Shown: positions 37,226-38,906 of the stretch, piece after piece
Position numbering within the stretch: the first letter of the stretch is position 1
How the letters are laid out: each line of letters opens with the position of its first letter
Origin: Paludibacteraceae bacterium
Lineage (GTDB): Bacteria > Bacteroidota > Bacteroidia > Bacteroidales > Paludibacteraceae
Direction of reading: 5' to 3'
Length of the DNA stretch: 38,906 nt
NCBI GenBank assembly: GCA_017423085.1
Contig: JAFPGA010000183.1
Location: forward strand, 1-38,906
The notes under the pieces: model-generated
What the model saw: the letters and a program-made list of their open reading frames with translations, nothing else
What the model was told of the DNA's origin: nothing
Database searches by the model: none
Made by a program: the position numbers and the translations under genes

Positions 37226-37257
37226 CAAATTTACTACAAATTTTTGAAATATGCAAG
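37226..37257 (-). promoter_or_regulatory. Promoter of the TolC/MacAB-like operon
   Basis: On the minus strand: CTTG (37257-37254), 20 nt, TAAATTTG (37233-37226), 9 nt before ATG 37217. Confidence 0.5.
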
Positions 37258-37391
37258 GTTTTTAGCAAAAAAGTAGTCTAAGCTTGCTTAAGCGTGCTTT
37301 TATTTGCTGAAAACCTTGTTGTTTGCACGAAAGTGCGAACGTAAATTCAGCGGGAACCCACTAAAGTGGGAGGGCCGAAGGTACTATATTT

Positions 37392-37841
37392 TTACAGCTC
37401 TGTCGTATCCAAAAGGATCGTCACCGGGCCGTCGTTGATAAAATCGACCTTCATGTCCGCTCCGAAACGTCCGGTCTCAACGCGCAGTCCGTACTGTGTA
37501 CGGAGCACCTCATTCAGATAATCGTACAGCGGTTCGGCTGTCTCGGGACGCGCGGCTTTGATGAAAGACGGTCGGTTACCTTTCTTGCAGTCGGCATAGA
37601 GCGTAAACTGCGAAATGGAGAGAATTGCTCCGTCCACCTCTTTGAGCGCAAGGTTCATCTTGCCCTCCGCGTCTTCAAACACGCGCATCTGCGCAATCTT
37701 CTTGGCTAACACGTCCGCGTCCGCACGCGTATCGCCATCCGTCACTCCGACCAAAATCATGAACCCTCGACCGACAGCACCTACCACCGCTCCGTCAATG
37801 CGCACCTCTGCGCGCGAACAACGCTGTAATACTACTCGCAT
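37392..37841 (-). CDS. dtd: D-aminoacyl-tRNA deacylase
   Basis: [42 protein letters not shown] and NDGPVT are typical of Dtd. The product is about 149 aa from ATG 37841; the track start 37871 overlaps the -7 box. Confidence 0.9.
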   Translation of the reverse strand: MRVVLQRCSRAEVRIDGAVVGAVGRGFMILVGVTDGDTRADADVLAKKIAQMRVFEDAEGKMNLALKEVDGAILSISQFTLYADCKKGNRPSFIKAARPETAEPLYDYLNEVLRTQYGLRVETGRFGADMKVDFINDGPVTILLDTTEL

Positions 37842-37860
37842 AACTAACTCATTTGGGATG

Positions 37861-37868
37861 CAAAGGTA
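37861..37868 (-). promoter_or_regulatory. Candidate -7 box (TACCTTTG) for dtd
   Basis: The reverse complement of caaaggta is TACCTTTG, about 20 nt upstream of ATG 37841. No good TTTG -33 element sits at the expected spacing. Confidence 0.35.
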
Positions 37869-37969
37869 CAAAAAAAAGAGGAATTAGGAAAGAAGACCGT
37901 GCCAAACTGCGCTTTTTTGCTGCTCAAATGGCATAAAATGCACTTTTTTGAAAAAAAGTTGTAAAAAAA

Positions 37970-38001
37970 TTTGGTCATGTCAAAAAAAAGCAGTACCTTT
38001 G
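37970..38001 (+). promoter_or_regulatory. Promoter of tRNA-Asp
   Basis: TTTG (37970-37973), 20 nt, TACCTTTG (37994-38001), about 30 nt before the tRNA 5' end. Confidence 0.5.
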
Positions 38002-38032
38002 CACCCGCTTTTGAAAAACAGAGCAACTATCC

Positions 38033-38106
38033 GGTGCGGTAGTTCAGTTGGTTAGAATACCGGCCTGTCACGCCGTAGGTCGCGAGTTCGAGTCTCGTCC
38101 GCACCG
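38033..38106 (+). tRNA. tRNA-Asp (anticodon GTC)
   Basis: I folded the cloverleaf by hand. The acceptor stem is GGTGCGG/CCGCACC with discriminator G. The D arm is GTTC/GAAT. The anticodon loop is CTGTCAC (GTC). The variable loop is AGGTC. The T arm is GCGAG-TTCGAGT-CTCGT. CCA is not encoded. Confidence 0.9.
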
Positions 38107-38110
38107 CAAA

Positions 38111-38138
38111 AAGGAGTCACAAACGTGGCTCCTTTTTT
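38111..38138 (+). terminator. Rho-independent terminator after tRNA-Asp
   Basis: Stem GGAGTCAC (38113-38120) with GTGGCTCC (38125-38132) and one G-U pair, loop AAAC, then TTTTTT. Confidence 0.6.
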
Positions 38139-38205
38139 GTGCGACGGACTTGAATCTCGCGAGTTCTTATCTCTCTACGTTAGAACGATTATTGCACGTG
38201 CAATT

Positions 38206-38231
38206 TTCGAGTCTAGTCCGCACCGCAAAAA
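38206..38231 (+). repeat. Direct repeat of the 3' end of tRNA-Asp (25 of 26 nt identical to 38087-38112)
   Basis: TTCGAGTCTaGTCCGCACCGCAAAAA compared with TTCGAGTCTcGTCCGCACCGCAAAAA, 119 nt apart. An additional 10-mer, TCGCGAGTTC, is shared between 38080-38089 and 38157-38166. Confidence 0.7.
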
Positions 38232-38256
38232 CGAATCCTAAAGGGGTTCGTTTTTT
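38227..38256. terminator. Bidirectional hairpin terminator (serves the tRNA-remnant side and the convergent AlkD-like gene)
   Basis: An A-tract, stem ACGAATCC (38231-38238) with GGGTTCGT (38244-38251), loop TAAAG, then a T-tract. It ends 2 nt before the minus-strand stop at 38259-38261. Confidence 0.55.
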
Positions 38257-38258
38257 GT

Positions 38259-38906
38259 TTATCTTCGCAAGGTCTTTAGCAAAGCCTTTTGTTCGTCCGC
38301 GATACGGAAACTCTCAACGGCTTTCTGGATGGTTTTGTTGTGTGTTTCTTTCTCCATACGCTGTTGCTGTATATAGGGAAGCGTGGCATCCCATTGTTTG
38401 GCAAGAGCCGTGGCAAAGAACCACGCCTGCATCATTCGGATGTAATACTCGTCGCTCTTGATGGAGGCTACCCATTCCAAGTACTCCGGTCGGAAAGCCT
38501 CATCCAAGAAGTAGCGCATCAGCGCCCCTATGCCGAAGCGTTTCGTATACGAATGCGTGCTCCTCATCCACTTGCGGATGTGCGGTAATAGTTCTTGCGT
38601 ATGTTTCTTAAAACATTTTGGCGATAACTGATCGCACGTCGCCCAATTATCCACGTACGGCAGGAAACGCTCCAGTTCTGCGATACAGGTGTTGAAATCT
38701 TTCTCTTCCGACAGAATAAACGCGTGAAGTTGGTTCTCATCAAAATAGCAATGTGGCAAACTGTGCAAGAACTCTTGCGCAGCAGGAGTCTTGCAGATTT
38801 GCTTCGCCATTTTGCGCAAGTCCGATGTCCGCACGCCAATTACCGTCTCGCGTGAGACTGTCGGAAGCAACTTGCTTTGGAAATCAGCATAAGGCTTGTC
38901 TTGTAA
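38259..38906 (-). CDS. DNA alkylation repair protein (AlkD-like HEAT-repeat family); the N-terminus lies beyond the right window edge
   Basis: The frame stays open from 38870 to 38906 (LQDKPYADFQSKLLPTVSRETVIGVRTSDLRKMAK), matching the family N-terminal pattern (..Y..F..KL.P......GVR...LRK.AK). The M in the ORF track is a TTG codon inside the frame. Confidence 0.75.
   Translation of the reverse strand, partial: LQDKPYADFQSKLLPTVSRETVIGVRTSDLRKMAKQICKTPAAQEFLHSLPHCYFDENQLHAFILSEEKDFNTCIAELERFLPYVDNWATCDQLSPKCFKKHTQELLPHIRKWMRSTHSYTKRFGIGALMRYFLDEAFRPEYLEWVASIKSDEYYIRMMQAWFFATALAKQWDATLPYIQQQRMEKETHNKTIQKAVESFRIADEQKALLKTLRR

Noticed and set aside
37844-38026. 60-aa minus-strand ORF between dtd and tRNA-Asp
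   Set aside because: It lies in an A/T-homopolymer-rich divergent promoter region. The translation is Phe/Lys-rich and low-complexity, and it overlaps both promoters.
38048-38461. 137-aa plus-strand ORF
   Set aside because: It starts inside tRNA-Asp, runs through two terminator hairpins, and is antisense to the AlkD-like gene.
38033-38906. A tRNA-Asp-associated genomic island or prophage
   Set aside because: The tRNA 3'-end repeat is present, but the repeats are only 119 bp apart and no integrase, excisionase or phage gene follows. The next gene is a housekeeping-type AlkD-like repair protein.
1-38906. CRISPR arrays, IS elements or transposases, rRNA, toxin-antitoxin or restriction-modification style defence genes
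   Set aside because: By eye I found no regularly spaced direct repeats longer than 20 nt. No ORF carries transposase or integrase (DDE, Tyr or Ser recombinase) motifs, nuclease/methylase motifs, or typical small TA pairs.

Overview
The window looks like a chromosomal segment of a Bacteroidota (Bacteroidales, Prevotella-like) genome. Support for this: T9SS-type C-terminal sorting tails, promoters of the form TTTG-N19-21-TAnnTTTG, and the gene content. I could not run any searches, so every product call rests on reading motifs in the translations.

Layout:
- 1-12.3 kb is an accessory-looking surface and secretion island. It holds a very large adhesin-like protein that is open at the left edge, two paralogous M6 (InhA-like) metalloproteases and a 495-aa protein that all carry T9SS C-terminal tails, an embedded MlaEF-like ABC pair, and a stand-alone copy of the protease N-terminal domain.
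- 12.3-13.8 kb carries xth and lptB.
- 13.8-28.1 kb is an envelope-glycan region. Its plus-strand operon encodes a Kelch lipoprotein, a Wzi-like protein, a DUF4254-like protein, GT9, an LPS/Kdo-kinase-like protein, GT4 and an O-antigen-ligase-like protein. It converges on a minus-strand operon encoding an ArnT-like GT39, GtrA, two uncharacterised outer-membrane-type proteins and two GT4 enzymes.
- 28.1-31 kb carries dnaJ, grpE and ruvB.
- 31-37.2 kb is a TolC/MacAB-like efflux operon plus an extra GldA-like ATPase.
- After that come dtd, tRNA-Asp with a decayed partial second copy, and a partial AlkD-like gene at the right edge.

The most unusual feature is a tightly coupled four-gene minus-strand operon at 3127-6738. 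It joins a T9SS metalloprotease to a small secreted protein, a signal-less SipW/Sec11-like S24/S26 peptidase and a PqqD-like (RRE) protein. No recognisable RiPP enzyme or precursor peptide accompanies them.

No CRISPR array, integrase, transposase or rRNA was seen.
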